In this document: positions 30,201-42,076 of the stretch, in pieces
Numbering within the stretch: position 1 is the first letter of the stretch
How the letters are laid out: every line of letters starts with the position of its first letter
From: an uncultured delta proteobacterium
Lineage (GTDB): Bacteria > Myxococcota > Kuafuiibacteriia > Kuafuiibacteriales > Kuafuiibacteriaceae
NCBI GenBank assembly: GCA_963803435.1
Contig: CAWDML010000001.1
Location: 416,001 to 480,000 of the forward strand
Direction: 5' to 3'
Length of the DNA stretch: 64,000 bases
The notes under the pieces: generated by a model
The model's input: the letters and a program-made list of their open reading frames with translations, nothing else
What the model was told of the DNA's origin: nothing
Database searches by the model: none
Made by a program: the position numbers and the translations under genes

Positions 30201-33200
30201 GTTCGCGCCCGGCGTCGCCACGCGCACCATCAGCATCCCGGTCGTGGGGGACGTGCTGGACGAGGCCAACGAGACCTTCTTCATCAACCTCTCCACCCCG
30301 GTGAACGCGGTCATCGCCGACAACCAGGGGCTCGCCACCATCACCGACGACGACGCCCCGCCGGCCCTCTCGGTCGACGACGTGAGCGTCGCCGAGGGCA
30401 ACGCCGGGTCCACCGTCGCCACCTTCGCCGTGACCTTGTCGGCGCCGAGCGGCCGGACCATCACCGTCGACTACGGCACCGCGAACGGGACGGCGGTCTC
30501 CCCCGGCGACTACGCCGCCGCCAGCGGCACCCTCACCTTCGCGCCCGGGGTCACCTCCCGCACGGTGTCGATCACCGTGAACGGCGACGTCCTCGACGAG
30601 GCCAACGAGACCTTCACGCTCAACCTCTCCAACCCGACGAACGCCACCCTCGCCGACGGCACCGGCCTGGGCACGATCGCCGACGACGACGCTCCGCCCA
30701 CGATCGCGATCGACGACGTCTCGGTGGTCGAGGGGAACTCGGGGACCGTGACCCTCGCGTTCACCGTGACGCTGTCGGCGCCGAGCGGGCTCTCGGTCGG
30801 CGTCGACTACGCCACCGCCAACGGCACCGCCACGGCGGGCTCGGACTACGTGGCCACCTCGGGACGCCTCACGTTCGGCCCGGGCATCACCTCGCTTCCG
30901 CTCGCGGTCACCGTCAACGGCGACACCATCAACGAGGCCAGCGAGACCGTGCTGGTCAACCTGACGAACCCCGGCAACGCCACCATCCTCGACGGCCAGG
31001 GTCAGGGCACGATCGTGGACGACGACGCGGCGCCGTCGCTCTTCATCAGCGATGCGAGCGTGACCGAGGGCAACGCCGGCACGGTCACCGCCACGTTCGA
31101 TGTTCAGCTCACGTCCGCCAGCGGTCAGACCGTCACGGTGGACTGGGCCACCGCCAACGGCACCGCGGTCGCGCCCGCGGACTACCTCGCCGGCTCGGGC
31201 ACGCTCACCTTCCCCGCGGGCACCACCGCGCGAACGGTCAGCGTCACGGTCAACGGCGACGTCCTGGACGAGGCCAACGAGACCTTCACCGTCAACCTCT
31301 CCAACGCGGTCAACGCGCCGCTCATCGACGCGCTCGGCATCGGTACCATCACCGACGACGACGCGCCGCCCTCGATCTCGATCACCGACGTGGCGGTCGT
31401 CGAAGGCGACGCCGGCACCGTCAACGCGGTCTTCAACGTCACGCTGTCGGGGGCCAGCGGACAGAGCATCGCGGTCGACTGGGCGACGGCCAACGGCACC
31501 GCCGCCAGCGGCTCCGACTACACGGCTGCCTCCGGGACGCTGACGTTCAACCCGGGCGTGACGTCGCGGACGATCACCGTGGTGGTGAACGGCGACGTCC
31601 TTGACGAGGCGGACGAGACCTTCACCGTGAACCTCACCAACCCGGTGAACGTGACGATCGCCGGCGGCTCCGGCGCAGGCACCATCACCGACGACGACGC
31701 GCCGCCCTCGATCTCGATCGACGACGTCACCGTCACCGAGGGCAACGGCGCCGGCGTCAACGCCACCTTCACGCTGTCCCTGTCGGCGGCCAGCGGCCGT
31801 ACCATCACGATCGACTATGGGACCGCGGATGGCACCGCCTCGGCCGGCTCCGACTACACGGCGATCGCGAGCTCGGTGACCTTCACCCCGGGAAGCACCC
31901 TGCGCACGCTGACGGTCGTGGTGCTGGGCGACACCGTGGACGAGGCCAACGAGACCTTCTTCGTAAACCTGAGCAACCCCCTCAACGTGACCATCGGCGA
32001 TGGACAGGGGCTGGGGACGATCAGCGACGATGACACCGCACCCGGGCTCTCGATCGACGACGTGTCGGTCGTCGAGGGCAACGCCGGCACGGTCAACGCC
32101 GTCTTCACCGTCACGCTGGCCGCCGCCAGCGGGCTCCCGGTCAGCGTCGACTGGGCCACCGCGAACGGCACCGCCGCAGCGCCGGGCGACTTCACCGCAG
32201 CCTCTGGGACGCTCACGTTCCCGCCGGGCACCACCTCGATGCCGATCACGATCGCGGTCGCCGGCGACACGCTCGACGAGGCCGACGAGACGTTCACGGT
32301 CAACCTCTCGAACGCGACCAACGCCGCCATCAGCGACGGCCAGGGCGCGGGAACCATCACCGACGACGATACGCCGCCCGCCCTCTCCATCGCCGACGTC
32401 ACCGTCACGGAGGGCGACTCGGGGACTGTCAACGCCGTCTTCGCGGTGACGCTGTCCGCCCCCAGTGGCCGCACGATCACGGTCGCCTACGCCACCGCCA
32501 ACGGCACGGCGGTCGCCCCCGCCGACTATGTCGCCGGCTCCGGCACCCTGACCTTCACGCCCGGCGCCACCTCGCGATCGATCACCGTGGCCGTCAACGG
32601 CGACACGCTCGACGAGGCCGACGAGGCGTTCACCGTGGTCCTGTCGGGCCCGACCAACGCCACCATCCTGGATGGATCCGGCGCCGGGACGATCACCGAC
32701 GACGACGCGCCGCCCGCCCTCTCCATCGCGGGCGTGTCGGTCGCCGAGGGCAACACCGGCACGGTCAACGCGGTCTTCACCGTGACGCTGTCGGCGGCCA
32801 GCGGGCGGACCGTCACCGTCGGCTATGCCAGCACGGCCGGCTCGGCGACGTCCGGCACCGACTTCCTGGCGGCCTCGGGCACGCTGACCTTCGCGCCGGG
32901 GGCTACCTCACGGACGATCACCGTGGCGGTCAACGGCGACACCATCGACGAGCTCGACGAGACCTTCTTCGTCGATCTGACGAACCCGACCAACGCGACG
33001 ATCACCACCGCCCGAGGGACCGGCACGATCATCGACGACGACGCGGCGCCCTCGATCGACATCGGGGACGTCTCCGTCACCGAGCCCAACGCCGGTACCA
33101 TCAACGCCGTATTCGTCGTGACGCTCTCGGCGCCCAGCGGTCAGGCGATCACCGTGGACTACACCAGCGTGAACGGCAGCGCCGTCGCGCCCGCCGACTA

Positions 33201-36200
33201 CACCGCGGCCTCGGGCACCGTGACCTTCGCGCCGGGGACGACCAGCCGCACGATCACCGTCGCGGTGGCCGGCGACCTTCTCGACGAGATCGACGAGACG
33301 TTCACGGTCATCCTCTCCAACCCGACCAACGCGCTGATCGGCGACGGCTCGGGCCTCGGCACCATCGTCGACAACGACGCACCCCCCACCTTGGCGATCA
33401 ACGACGTGGCGGTCACCGAGGGCAACGCGGGCACCGTCAGCGCTACCTTCAACGTGACGCTGTCTGCGCCCAGCGGGCAGACCGTGACCGTCTCCTACGC
33501 CACGTCCGACGGCTCGGCCGCGGGCGGCGTCGACTACGTCACTTCCACCGGCGTCGTCACGTTCGCCGCAGGCGTCACCACCCGACCGCTGACGATCACC
33601 GTCAACGGCGACACCCTCGACGAGGCCAACGAGACGTTCAACGTCACGCTCTCCTCGCCGGTGAACGCCACCATCCTCGACGGCACCGGGATCGGGACCA
33701 TCAACGACGACGATGCGCCGCCCACGATCGCGATCGCGGACGGATCGATCGACGAGGGCGACGCCGGCACCGTGGCGCTCACCTTCACCGTCACGCTCTC
33801 GGCCCTGAGCGGGCGGACCGTCGCGATCGACTGGGCCACCGCGAACGGCACGGCCGTGGCGCCCGCCGACTACACCGCGGGATCGGGGACGCTGACCTTC
33901 GCGCCCGGCGTAGGCTCGCAGACGATCTCGGTCGCCGTCGCCGGCGATGCGATCGACGAGGCCAACGAGACCATGCTGGTCAACCTCTCGAACCCGGTCA
34001 ACGTGACGATCGCCGACGGACAGGGCATCGGCACCATCATCGACAACGATGCAGCTCCCTCGCTCTCGATCAACGACGTCACCGTCGTGGAAGGAAACAC
34101 CGGCACCACCAACGCGGTCTTCACGGTCACGCTCTCGACCGCCAGCGGGCAGAGCGTCTCCGTGGACTGGGCCACCGCCAACGGGACGGCGACCGCCCCC
34201 GGCGACTACACCGCCGCCTCGGGCACTTTGACGTTCGCCGCCGGCGTGACCTCGAGGACGATCACGGTCGCGATCGCGGGCGACACCATCGACGAAGCCA
34301 ACGAGACCTACTTCGTGAACCTCACGAACCCCGTGAACGGTGCGATCGCCGACGGTCAGGGCCTGGGCACGATCACCGACAACGACGCACCGCCCTCGCT
34401 CTCCATCGCCGATGCCTCCGTCGCCGAGGGTAACGGTGCCACCACGAACCTGGTCTTCACGGTGACGCTCTCCTCGGCGAGCGGACAGCCCATCACCGTC
34501 CAGTGGGCGACCGCGGATCAGACCGCGCTGGCCGGCAGCGACTACGTGGCGGGCTCGGGGACCCTCACGTTCGCGCCGGGGATCACCGCCCAGACGCTCT
34601 CCGTGGCCGTCCTCGGCGACGTGCTCGACGAGCTGGACGAGACCTTCACCGTGGGGCTCTCGGGTGCGACCAACGCCTCGATCGCGGGCGCTACCGGCGT
34701 CGGGACGATCACCGACGACGACGCGCCGCCCTCGCTCTCGATCGCGGACGTCACAGTGATCGAGGGGACCGCCGCCACCACCAACGCGGTCTTCGCGGTG
34801 ACGCTCTCGGCGCCGAGCGCCCGATCGATCACCGTCGACTGGTCCACCGCCAACGGGACTGCGGTGGCGGGGAGCGATTACACGGCCGCCTCCGGAACGC
34901 TGACGTTCGCGCCGGGCACCACCTCTCAGACCCTGACGGTGCTGGTGACCGGCGACGCCCTCGACGAGGCGAACGAGACCTTCACCGTGAACCTGGCCAA
35001 CCCGACCGCGGCGACGATCGCGGACGGCGCCGGGCTGGGCACCATCACCGACGACGACGCGCCGCCGGCCGTGTCGATCGCAGACGCCACGGTCACCGAA
35101 GGGAACACCGGACCGGTCCTCGCCACGTTCGCGGTCACGCTCTCCGCCCCGAGCGGCCGTACGATCTCGGTCGCGTACGCCACCGCCAACGGCACCGCGG
35201 TGGCGCCCGGCGACTACGCGGCCAACTCGGGCACGCTCACCTTCACCGCCGGCGTCACCACGCAGAACGTCTCGGTGATCGTCAACGGTGACACCATCGA
35301 CGAGGCCAACGAGACGTTCACCGTGACCCTCTCCGCGCCGGTGAACGTCACCATCGCGGACGGGAGCGGCCTCGGCACCATCACGGACGACGACGGTGCC
35401 CCGCAGCTGTCGATCGCGGACATCGCGGTCACCGAAGGCAACGCGGGCAGCACCAACGCCCAGCTCACGGTCACGCTGCTGCCTGCCAGCGGCCAGGTGG
35501 TCACGGTCCAGTGGGCGACGGCCAACGGTACGGCGCTGGCCGGCAGCGACTATACGCAGGGCGCCGGGACCCTGACCTTCGCGGTCGGCGTCACGCAGCA
35601 GACGTTCAACGTCGCCATCACCGGAGATACAGTCGACGAGGCCAACGAGACCTTCCTGGTCAACCTGACCAACCCGGTCAACGCCACGCTCAACGACGCG
35701 CAGGCGGTCGCGACCATCAATGACGACGACGCCCCCCCTGGGCTCTCGATCGCCGACGCCTCCCTCACCGAGGGCAACACCGGCTCGGCCGCCCTCACCT
35801 TCACGCTCACGCTCTCCGCCGCCAGCGCGCAGGTGATCACCGTGGACTGGGCCACCGCCAACGGGACCGCGATCGCCGGGAGCGACTACACCGCCGCCGC
35901 CGGAACGGTCACGTTCGCGGCCGGCGTGACCACGCGGACGATCAGCGTCGACGTCACGGGTGACGTCCTCGACGAGGCCAACGAGACCTTCCTGGTGAAC
36001 CTCACCAACGGGGTCAACGTCGCCATCACCGACGGCCAAGCGGTCGGCACCATCACGGACAACGACCCTCCGCCGGTCCTCGCCATCGCCGACGTCGCGG
36101 TCGCGGAGGGAGACTCGGGGACGGCGACCGCCGTCTTCTCGGTCACGCTCTCCGCGGTCAGCGGCCGCACCGTCACCGTGCAGTGGGCGACCGCGGACGG

Positions 36201-39200
36201 CACCGCGGTGGCCGGATCCGACTACGTCAGCGGTACCGGCTCGCTCACCTTCGCGCCCGGCGTGGTGACGCGGGCGATCGCGATCGCAGTGAACGGTGAC
36301 ACCACCAGCGAGGTCGACGAGACCTTCGTGGTCAACCTGTCGACTCCGGTGAACGCCACGATCGGCGACGGTCAGGCCACCGGCACGATCACCAACGACG
36401 ACGGCGCGCCCGCGCTCTCGATCACCGATGCGTTCGTGACCGAAGGTAACGCCGGCACCACGAACGCCACCTTCAACGTCTCGCTGGCCACGCCCAGCGG
36501 TCAGACCGTCACCGTCGACTGGGCGACGGCCAACGGCAGCGCGATCGCAGGCTCCGACTACGTCGCTGGCTCCGGTACGCTGACGTTTGCACCCGGCGTG
36601 ACCACGCGCTCGCTCACCGTCGCGGTGAACGGCGATACGATCGACGAGGTCAACGAGACGTTCCTGGTCAACCTCACGAACCCGGTCAACGCGCTGATCG
36701 GCGATGGGCAGGGCATCGGCACCATCAACGACGACGACGCGCCACCGTCCATCGCGATCGCGGACGCGTCGCTCACCGAGGGCAACAGCGGCAGCGGCAA
36801 CATGACGTTCACCGTCACCCTCTCGGCGGTCAGCGGACGCTCGGTGACGGTCGATTACGCGACGGCGAACGGCTCGGCGGTGGCGGGCTCCGACTACACG
36901 GCCCGCTCAGGCACCCTCACGTTCGCCCCCGGCTCCACCAGCCAGACGTTCACGGTCCCCATCACCGGCGATCTCCTGGACGAGCCGAACGAGCAGTTCT
37001 TCGTGAACCTGACCAACCCGACCAACGCGACGATCGGCGACAACCAGGCGGTCGGCACCATCAACGACGACGACGGCGCACCCTCGCTGTCGATCGCGGA
37101 TCTGACGGTGGCGGAGGGCAACGCTGGGCTCACCAACGCCACCTTCACCCTGACGCTCTCGGCCGCCAGTGGTCAGCAGGTGACGGTCGACTACGCCACG
37201 GCGAACGGTACCGCCAGCGCCGGCACCGACTACGTGGCCCGGAGCGGCACCGCCGTGTTCGCCCCCGGGACCGTGACGCAGACCGTGGTCGTCTCGGTCA
37301 ACGGCGACACGATCGACGAACCGGACGAGACCTTCACGCTGAACCTGACGAACCCCGTCAACGCGGTGATCGCGGACGCACAGGCCGTCGCGACGATCAC
37401 GGACGACGACGGAGCGCCCTCTCTCTCGATCGGCGACGCCTCGGTCGCGGAGGGCGACACCGGCTCGATCAGCGCCACCTTCGTGGTCTCGCTGTCCAGC
37501 GCCAGCGGTCAAACCGTGACCGTCGCCTGGAGCACCGCGGATCAGTCGGCGGTCGCCGGCTCGGACTACGCGGCGGCCTCCGGCACGCTGACCTTCGCGC
37601 CGGGAACGCTGACGCGCAGCCTCACAGTGACCGTGAACGGCGACGCGCTCGACGAGATCGACGAGGTCTTCCTGGTGCAGCTGGCCTCGCCGACGAACGC
37701 CCTGATCGCCGATGGCACCGCGATGGGCACCATCATCGACGACGATCAGCCTCCCTCGCTGCTCGTCCAGGACGCAGCGCAACCCGAAGGCACCGGGGTC
37801 GCCCAGCTGATGTCGTTCACCGTCTCCTTGTCCGCGCCCAGCGGCCGCCCGATCAGCGTCGACTACCTGACGCTCGACGGCACCGCCGTCATGGGGGCCG
37901 ACTACCAGCAGACCGACAGCACACTCACGTTCATGCCCGGCGAGGTCACGCGGTCGATCGACGTTCAGATCGAGGCCGACGCCCTCGACGAGGAGGACGA
38001 GACCTTCATGGTCCGGCTGACCAACGCGGTCAACGCGACTACGGCGCGCGATCTCGCGATCGGCACGATCACCGACGACGATGACCCGCCGGCGCTCTCG
38101 ATCGCCAGCGAGAGCGTGCTCGAGGGTAACGCGGGGACCTCCAACGCGTCCCTGGTGGTCTCGCTCTCCGCCCCCAGCGGGCGGGACGTCCAGGTGGCGT
38201 ACGCGACGCTCGACGGCACGGCGGTCGCAGGCCAGGACTACCTCGCAACCTCGGGCGTGCTCGACTTCGCGCCGGGCGTCACCATGCGGACGGTGACGGT
38301 GGGCATCGTCGCCGATCTGCTCGACGAGCCGGACGAGACGCTGCTGGTCGCCCTCTCCGGAGCGGTCAACGCGACCGTCAGCGCCGGCAGCGCCACGCTC
38401 ACGATCATCGACGACGACCTGGCTCCCAACCTGGGGCTCACCGTGTCGAGCCCCGGACCGTTCGTCGTCGGCGGCCGCGGCACGTACGCGTTCCGCGTGG
38501 AGAACGGCGGCGCCGGCCCGACGGAGGGGCCGATCACCCTCGTCGACGCGCTCCCGGCCGGGCTGACCTTCCTCGAGTTCACCGGCGCCGGGTGGGGCTG
38601 CCAGGGCGACCAGGGGCTGCTCACCTGCAGCAGCACGACCAGCCTGCCGCCAGGGTCGGCGCTCGAGGAGCTCGACGTCACCGTCGACATCGGGCCCGAC
38701 GCCTACCCGCAGGCGACGCACACGGCCACGATCGCGTCGCTCGGCGATCTCGATCCCAGCAACGATGCGGTTTCGATCCGGACAGACGTGATCGGGCTGG
38801 CGGATCTCTCGGTGGAGAAGACGCGGCCCGACCTCCCAGCGGAGCCGGGCGCGGAGGTCACCTGGACCATCACCGTCACCAACCTGGGGCCGAACAGCGT
38901 CCGAGAGCTCTTCGTCACCGATCAGCTCCCGCCCACCCTCTCGGAGCCGACCTTCAGCGCGAACACCGGTGAGTACGACCCCTCCTCCGGGCTCCTCTCC
39001 GGAGTTGCCCTCGGAGCCGGCGGGCGCGTTCAGCTCACGGTGAGCGGACTGCTGGCCAGCACCGCCACCGGCACGCTGGTGAATCGCGCGCTGGTCTCGG
39101 TGGCGGTCGGCTATTCGGATCCCCGATCCCAAAACGATCTGGCCGTGCATCGCTCCGCGATCGCCGACGCGGCCGCGTGCGACGACGACGGCCTCACCGA

Positions 39201-39627
39201 CGAGGAGGAGCGGCAGATCGGTACCGATCCCTGCAACCCAGACACGGACGGCGACGGCATCCCCGACGGCACGGAGGTGGGCGGCGACAACCCGACCGAT
39301 CCGCTCGATCCCGACACGGACGGCGACGGTCTTTGCGACGGCAGCGGGACCGTGCCCGGGATCTGCGTGCCGGGTGAGGACCTCAACAACAACGGCCATC
39401 GCGACGCGATGGAGACGGATCCGAACGACCCCGACTCGGACGACGGCGGCATCAACGACGGCGAGGAGGTCGCCCGCGGCACCGACCCGCTCAACCCGGA
39501 CGACGACTCCGTCTACTCGGGCTGCGACTGTGACGAGACGGGTACGGGCGGAGCGCCGATCGGTCCCACGTTGCTGGTGCTCGGGCTGTTGCTCCTGCTC
39601 GACCGAATGCGGCGGCGCCGGAGCTGA
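27235..39627 (+). CDS. Giant surface adhesin (4130 aa): signal peptide, 33 Calx-beta repeats, two DUF11-like domains, DxDxDG Ca-binding repeats, MYXO-CTERM-like tail
   Basis: Signal [22 protein letters not shown]; repeat SIxDVxVxEGN...FTVTLS...ATANGTA...DY...GTLTF...DEANETF...GTIxDDD; ADLSVEKT...[10 protein letters not shown]; tail GCDC...[18 protein letters not shown]. Confidence 0.92.
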   Translation: MPAAPRCLVLTLLLLAPAEAVAQSPDFFTVNDVSIAEATGGSRGLVFQIQLHRFACNASCSISWTTQPGTAVAGADYTTVSGSVTFPPPALACFDQFQSVNVPIIDDNVSEANETFNLVLSNLIGSCIVSDSLGVGTILNDDVALLINNPTGPESGAAAPPMVPFFISVQNLSVTGASVGYQTQDGTAIAGLDYTAINGVINIPANSPGVTVFVPVIPDGLDEDDETVFLNLFNPQGAVILDNQGRGQIIDDDPPPSASINDQRAITEGNSGTTNAVFTVSLSAASGRTITINWATADVTTTAGADYVSGSGTLTFPPGVTSRTLSVAVNGNLLDEPNEVFVVNLSNGTNVTIADSQGQGIIVDDDQAPSLSINDVTVTEGGPGTTTLATFTVTLSAPSGFDVSANWFANDGTALAGSDYNDAEGGILIPAGQTTQTLSVVVNGDAIDEPNETFTVDLQGVTNATVNDGQGVCLILDDDPIPSASINDISVAEGNAGQVTAVFTVTLSNPSSAPQTVQWATANGSATAPGDYTSASGTLTFPAGATSRTIAVAVIGDVLDEANETFLVNLSNPSAGLTIADGTGQGTILDDDAGPALAINDVAVTEGNSGTTNASFTVTLSAASGQTVTVSYATANQTAVAPGDYTAASGNVTFTPGQTTRTVVVQVLGDTIDEPNETFLVNLSNPVNATLGDAQGVGTINDDDAPPGISIADTSVVEGNTGSTLMTFAVTLSAPSGQIVTVAWATANGTATAPGDYTAAGGTLVFNPGIVSLNANVAVAGDTIDEDDETLLVNLSAPTNATLADPQGIGTITDDDAPPSISITDVAVVEGNTGAASAVFDVTLSAASGRAVSVGWATAAGSATAGSDFTAGSGTLTFNPGITALTISVPVLGDTLDEPNETFFVDLSAPVNASIADNRGQGTIVDDDNSPALSIDDVTLVEGNSGTTNALFTVTLTPASGQTVTVAWASANGTAVAPADYTAGSGTLSFAPGVATRTISIPVVGDVLDEANETFFINLSTPVNAVIADNQGLATITDDDAPPALSVDDVSVAEGNAGSTVATFAVTLSAPSGRTITVDYGTANGTAVSPGDYAAASGTLTFAPGVTSRTVSITVNGDVLDEANETFTLNLSNPTNATLADGTGLGTIADDDAPPTIAIDDVSVVEGNSGTVTLAFTVTLSAPSGLSVGVDYATANGTATAGSDYVATSGRLTFGPGITSLPLAVTVNGDTINEASETVLVNLTNPGNATILDGQGQGTIVDDDAAPSLFISDASVTEGNAGTVTATFDVQLTSASGQTVTVDWATANGTAVAPADYLAGSGTLTFPAGTTARTVSVTVNGDVLDEANETFTVNLSNAVNAPLIDALGIGTITDDDAPPSISITDVAVVEGDAGTVNAVFNVTLSGASGQSIAVDWATANGTAASGSDYTAASGTLTFNPGVTSRTITVVVNGDVLDEADETFTVNLTNPVNVTIAGGSGAGTITDDDAPPSISIDDVTVTEGNGAGVNATFTLSLSAASGRTITIDYGTADGTASAGSDYTAIASSVTFTPGSTLRTLTVVVLGDTVDEANETFFVNLSNPLNVTIGDGQGLGTISDDDTAPGLSIDDVSVVEGNAGTVNAVFTVTLAAASGLPVSVDWATANGTAAAPGDFTAASGTLTFPPGTTSMPITIAVAGDTLDEADETFTVNLSNATNAAISDGQGAGTITDDDTPPALSIADVTVTEGDSGTVNAVFAVTLSAPSGRTITVAYATANGTAVAPADYVAGSGTLTFTPGATSRSITVAVNGDTLDEADEAFTVVLSGPTNATILDGSGAGTITDDDAPPALSIAGVSVAEGNTGTVNAVFTVTLSAASGRTVTVGYASTAGSATSGTDFLAASGTLTFAPGATSRTITVAVNGDTIDELDETFFVDLTNPTNATITTARGTGTIIDDDAAPSIDIGDVSVTEPNAGTINAVFVVTLSAPSGQAITVDYTSVNGSAVAPADYTAASGTVTFAPGTTSRTITVAVAGDLLDEIDETFTVILSNPTNALIGDGSGLGTIVDNDAPPTLAINDVAVTEGNAGTVSATFNVTLSAPSGQTVTVSYATSDGSAAGGVDYVTSTGVVTFAAGVTTRPLTITVNGDTLDEANETFNVTLSSPVNATILDGTGIGTINDDDAPPTIAIADGSIDEGDAGTVALTFTVTLSALSGRTVAIDWATANGTAVAPADYTAGSGTLTFAPGVGSQTISVAVAGDAIDEANETMLVNLSNPVNVTIADGQGIGTIIDNDAAPSLSINDVTVVEGNTGTTNAVFTVTLSTASGQSVSVDWATANGTATAPGDYTAASGTLTFAAGVTSRTITVAIAGDTIDEANETYFVNLTNPVNGAIADGQGLGTITDNDAPPSLSIADASVAEGNGATTNLVFTVTLSSASGQPITVQWATADQTALAGSDYVAGSGTLTFAPGITAQTLSVAVLGDVLDELDETFTVGLSGATNASIAGATGVGTITDDDAPPSLSIADVTVIEGTAATTNAVFAVTLSAPSARSITVDWSTANGTAVAGSDYTAASGTLTFAPGTTSQTLTVLVTGDALDEANETFTVNLANPTAATIADGAGLGTITDDDAPPAVSIADATVTEGNTGPVLATFAVTLSAPSGRTISVAYATANGTAVAPGDYAANSGTLTFTAGVTTQNVSVIVNGDTIDEANETFTVTLSAPVNVTIADGSGLGTITDDDGAPQLSIADIAVTEGNAGSTNAQLTVTLLPASGQVVTVQWATANGTALAGSDYTQGAGTLTFAVGVTQQTFNVAITGDTVDEANETFLVNLTNPVNATLNDAQAVATINDDDAPPGLSIADASLTEGNTGSAALTFTLTLSAASAQVITVDWATANGTAIAGSDYTAAAGTVTFAAGVTTRTISVDVTGDVLDEANETFLVNLTNGVNVAITDGQAVGTITDNDPPPVLAIADVAVAEGDSGTATAVFSVTLSAVSGRTVTVQWATADGTAVAGSDYVSGTGSLTFAPGVVTRAIAIAVNGDTTSEVDETFVVNLSTPVNATIGDGQATGTITNDDGAPALSITDAFVTEGNAGTTNATFNVSLATPSGQTVTVDWATANGSAIAGSDYVAGSGTLTFAPGVTTRSLTVAVNGDTIDEVNETFLVNLTNPVNALIGDGQGIGTINDDDAPPSIAIADASLTEGNSGSGNMTFTVTLSAVSGRSVTVDYATANGSAVAGSDYTARSGTLTFAPGSTSQTFTVPITGDLLDEPNEQFFVNLTNPTNATIGDNQAVGTINDDDGAPSLSIADLTVAEGNAGLTNATFTLTLSAASGQQVTVDYATANGTASAGTDYVARSGTAVFAPGTVTQTVVVSVNGDTIDEPDETFTLNLTNPVNAVIADAQAVATITDDDGAPSLSIGDASVAEGDTGSISATFVVSLSSASGQTVTVAWSTADQSAVAGSDYAAASGTLTFAPGTLTRSLTVTVNGDALDEIDEVFLVQLASPTNALIADGTAMGTIIDDDQPPSLLVQDAAQPEGTGVAQLMSFTVSLSAPSGRPISVDYLTLDGTAVMGADYQQTDSTLTFMPGEVTRSIDVQIEADALDEEDETFMVRLTNAVNATTARDLAIGTITDDDDPPALSIASESVLEGNAGTSNASLVVSLSAPSGRDVQVAYATLDGTAVAGQDYLATSGVLDFAPGVTMRTVTVGIVADLLDEPDETLLVALSGAVNATVSAGSATLTIIDDDLAPNLGLTVSSPGPFVVGGRGTYAFRVENGGAGPTEGPITLVDALPAGLTFLEFTGAGWGCQGDQGLLTCSSTTSLPPGSALEELDVTVDIGPDAYPQATHTATIASLGDLDPSNDAVSIRTDVIGLADLSVEKTRPDLPAEPGAEVTWTITVTNLGPNSVRELFVTDQLPPTLSEPTFSANTGEYDPSSGLLSGVALGAGGRVQLTVSGLLASTATGTLVNRALVSVAVGYSDPRSQNDLAVHRSAIADAAACDDDGLTDEEERQIGTDPCNPDTDGDGIPDGTEVGGDNPTDPLDPDTDGDGLCDGSGTVPGICVPGEDLNNNGHRDAMETDPNDPDSDDGGINDGEEVARGTDPLNPDDDSVYSGCDCDETGTGGAPIGPTLLVLGLLLLLDRMRRRRS
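27313..38418 (+). repeat. Intragenic tandem array of 33 Calx-beta coding units, 336-bp (112-aa) period over most of the array
   Basis: Unit ends (I-x-D-D/N-D) recur at 29010, 29346, 29682 ... 38418 at 336-bp spacing; units are divergent, not identical. Confidence 0.9.
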
Positions 39628-39630
39628 CCG

Positions 39631-42020
39631 TCACTCGCCGCCGGCGGTGCGGACGTTCTCGCCGTTGCGCGAGAAGCGGATGCCCTCCGGGACCCGCTCC
39701 CGTCCCACCTCGACCACCACGATGTCGAACCCCACTCGACAGTTCGCCACCGTCAGATCATTCGCCTCGATGGTGCCGTACCAGCCGAGCGCGAGGCACG
39801 GTCCGTCGGGGTCGGTGTCGAAGCGCCCGCGGTCGAGGCGGAAGAAGGACTCGCGATAATCCATGTTGTCGCGGGTGCCGACCTGAGCCCCGATGCCGGC
39901 GAGGTTGACGAAGCGGCCGTCGTTCACGTTCACCACCGACCAATCGAAGCGGAGCGCGCCGTCGACACCCGCGCCGTCGACCTCGATTCGAAACGCGTCG
40001 AGCCCCACCTGGGACAGCGCAATGCCGGCGCCTTTGACGTCGGCGATCGAGACGTCGTTCGCCTTCACCGGCGTTCGAGTGCTGGCGAACAGATCGAGGC
40101 CGATGCCTGGGACGCCCCCGATGAACGTCTTGTTGATGGTTCCGGGGGTGTTGTAGACCAGAATCCCGGTGGCGTTGTTGACCGCCGCGGTCACGTCCTG
40201 GACCCGGACGTCGTTCAGATCGGCGGCCACTGCCGAGTTGATCGAGACGCCGTACGAGATCGCGTGCATCACTTCGACGCGGGTCAAGGCGACTCGGTCC
40301 GGGGTCGACGCGTCGATCCCTCGGCCACCTGCGCCCTGGGTCTCACCTTCGATGGAGATCCGGCCCGGCTGCACGTCCTCGATCGACGCATCGATCAACC
40401 GCAGCGTGCACCGCTGACCCCGTACGCCGACGTAGCGCGGCCGGGTCGCGTGCACGCGCTCCGCGGTCAGCGTGGAGGCGGTCCCCTGCACGCGCATGGC
40501 AGCCCGTCCGGTGTCGGAGAGGACGACGTCCGTGACCTGAGCCGAGGCCGTGTCGACCGAGATCCCGATGTATCCGGTGTCCGTGATCAGCGCGCGCTCG
40601 AGCGTGACGCTGGCGCCGTTCAGCGCTTCGACCCCGTGCTTGGGCAACCACCGGCCCGGCTCGTCGCGGATCACGAGATCCGTGAGGTTCGCCTGGGCGC
40701 CGGCGCCGCTCACCGAGAGCCCCTCGCCCTCCGTATCGGCGGTGTAGACGCGGGTTCCGGTCAAGGCTGCTCCCGCCCCGATCTGCACGGCCGCACCCCG
40801 AGTGGTGGCCGAGGTCGTACGCCCCGAGACGTAGACGTCCGTGAGCTCGACGACACCGGCCGTCCCTGCGACCCCCGGCCCGACACCGCCGAGGATCCGC
40901 GCACTCGTCAGCGAGAGCGTCCCGCCCTGCTCGAGCAGGCCGCGCGAGCCCATCTGGACCAGAAGCCGGTGGGCGGTCAGCGTACCGCCGGAGCGCACCA
41001 GCGCCCCATACTGCTGCCCGGCGAGCTCGGCGTCGTCGAGCGTGAGGGATCCGTCGATCGTAAGGGGGACATTCGATCCGGTCAGGCGGACGTTGCGGAT
41101 CGTCACCGCGTCGCCGGTGATCGTGAGCGCGCCCTGGAGGATCACGTCGCGGCAGGCGCCGGCGATCTCGACGCTCCGATCGATCACGAGCGATTCGGTG
41201 TAGCTCCCGGCCGCCACTGCGACCGTCTCGGCGCCCGAGGCCAGCGCCGAGGAGAGACGCTGGTACGGATCGGCCTCGCTGCCGCTCCCCACGCCAGCCG
41301 TACCCGCATCGACGTACGCGATCGTTCCGGAGAGTCCGGAGGGAAAGCGGCCGAGGCACGGACCGGCGACGGAGGTGCAGGCGGACTCGCCGAGAAGCTG
41401 GGCCTCACCGACGGCGCAGGCGACCTCGGGCGGCGGCGTGCAGGCGCCGAGCTCGGAGGTCCAGCCCGCGGGGCACGCCTCGAAGCGCGGCGCCTCCGGC
41501 GGCTGGGGCGGGCTGGGCGGCGTCACCTCCGGGAGCGTGCAAGGCAGCATGCAGTACTCCTCGCCCGCGACGAGACGGAAGCACCCGCCGCGGTCCTCGC
41601 ACTCGGGGCTCACGAAGCCGCGCAGGCGCACGTCGCCGACGAAGTCGCGAAAGGCATCCTCCGGTATCTCGACGACGTTGCGATCGGAGCCGACCGCCTC
41701 CAGCACGGTGTATCCGGCCGGGAGCGGTCGATCGAGCTCGTCCTTCACGATCTCGATCTCGCCCGGCGACAGCCCGAGCGCCGCCAGGTTCGTCGGATAG
41801 GTGAGCAGGAACAGCCGATCGGAGTCGTGGAGCGAGAGCGGCGGCAGCGGGCTCCCGTCGAGAATCGACCCCGTAGAGGCCTCGGGTCTTGCGGTCGGCG
41901 TCCGAATATAGGAGCAACATCGACTGCGCGTCGCCCACCTCCGGTATCGAGATCGGAGCCTGCGCGACGCACGCGCTCGCGCCGAGTGCCAGGAGGACGT
42001 GGAGACGAACGCGGACGACC
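39631..42020 (-). CDS. Lipoprotein with Cys-rich region and right-handed beta-helix; apparent +1 frameshift near 41863, start codon not resolved
   Basis: Upstream frame reads VRVRLHVLLALGASACVAQAP...GLYGVD and joins LDGSPLPP of ORF 39631..42198; CPAGW, IAYVDAG...GSEADPYQRLSSAL...VAVAAGSYTE and beta-helix repeats. Confidence 0.68.
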
Positions 42021-42025
42021 GAAGG

Positions 42026-42054
42026 AGGCTGGTCCAGGACCTGCGGCGTGTCAA
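42026..42054 (-). promoter_or_regulatory. Possible sigma70-type promoter
   Basis: Minus strand TTGACA-N17-CAGCCT immediately upstream of the lipoprotein signal sequence; the -10 match is weak. Confidence 0.3.
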
Positions 42055-42076
42055 CCGCCCTTCGCGCGGCCGTAGG

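Noticed and set aside
27313-38418. Possible CRISPR array or non-coding repeat
   Set aside because: The units are 336-bp in-frame protein repeats with no repeat-spacer structure and no cas genes.
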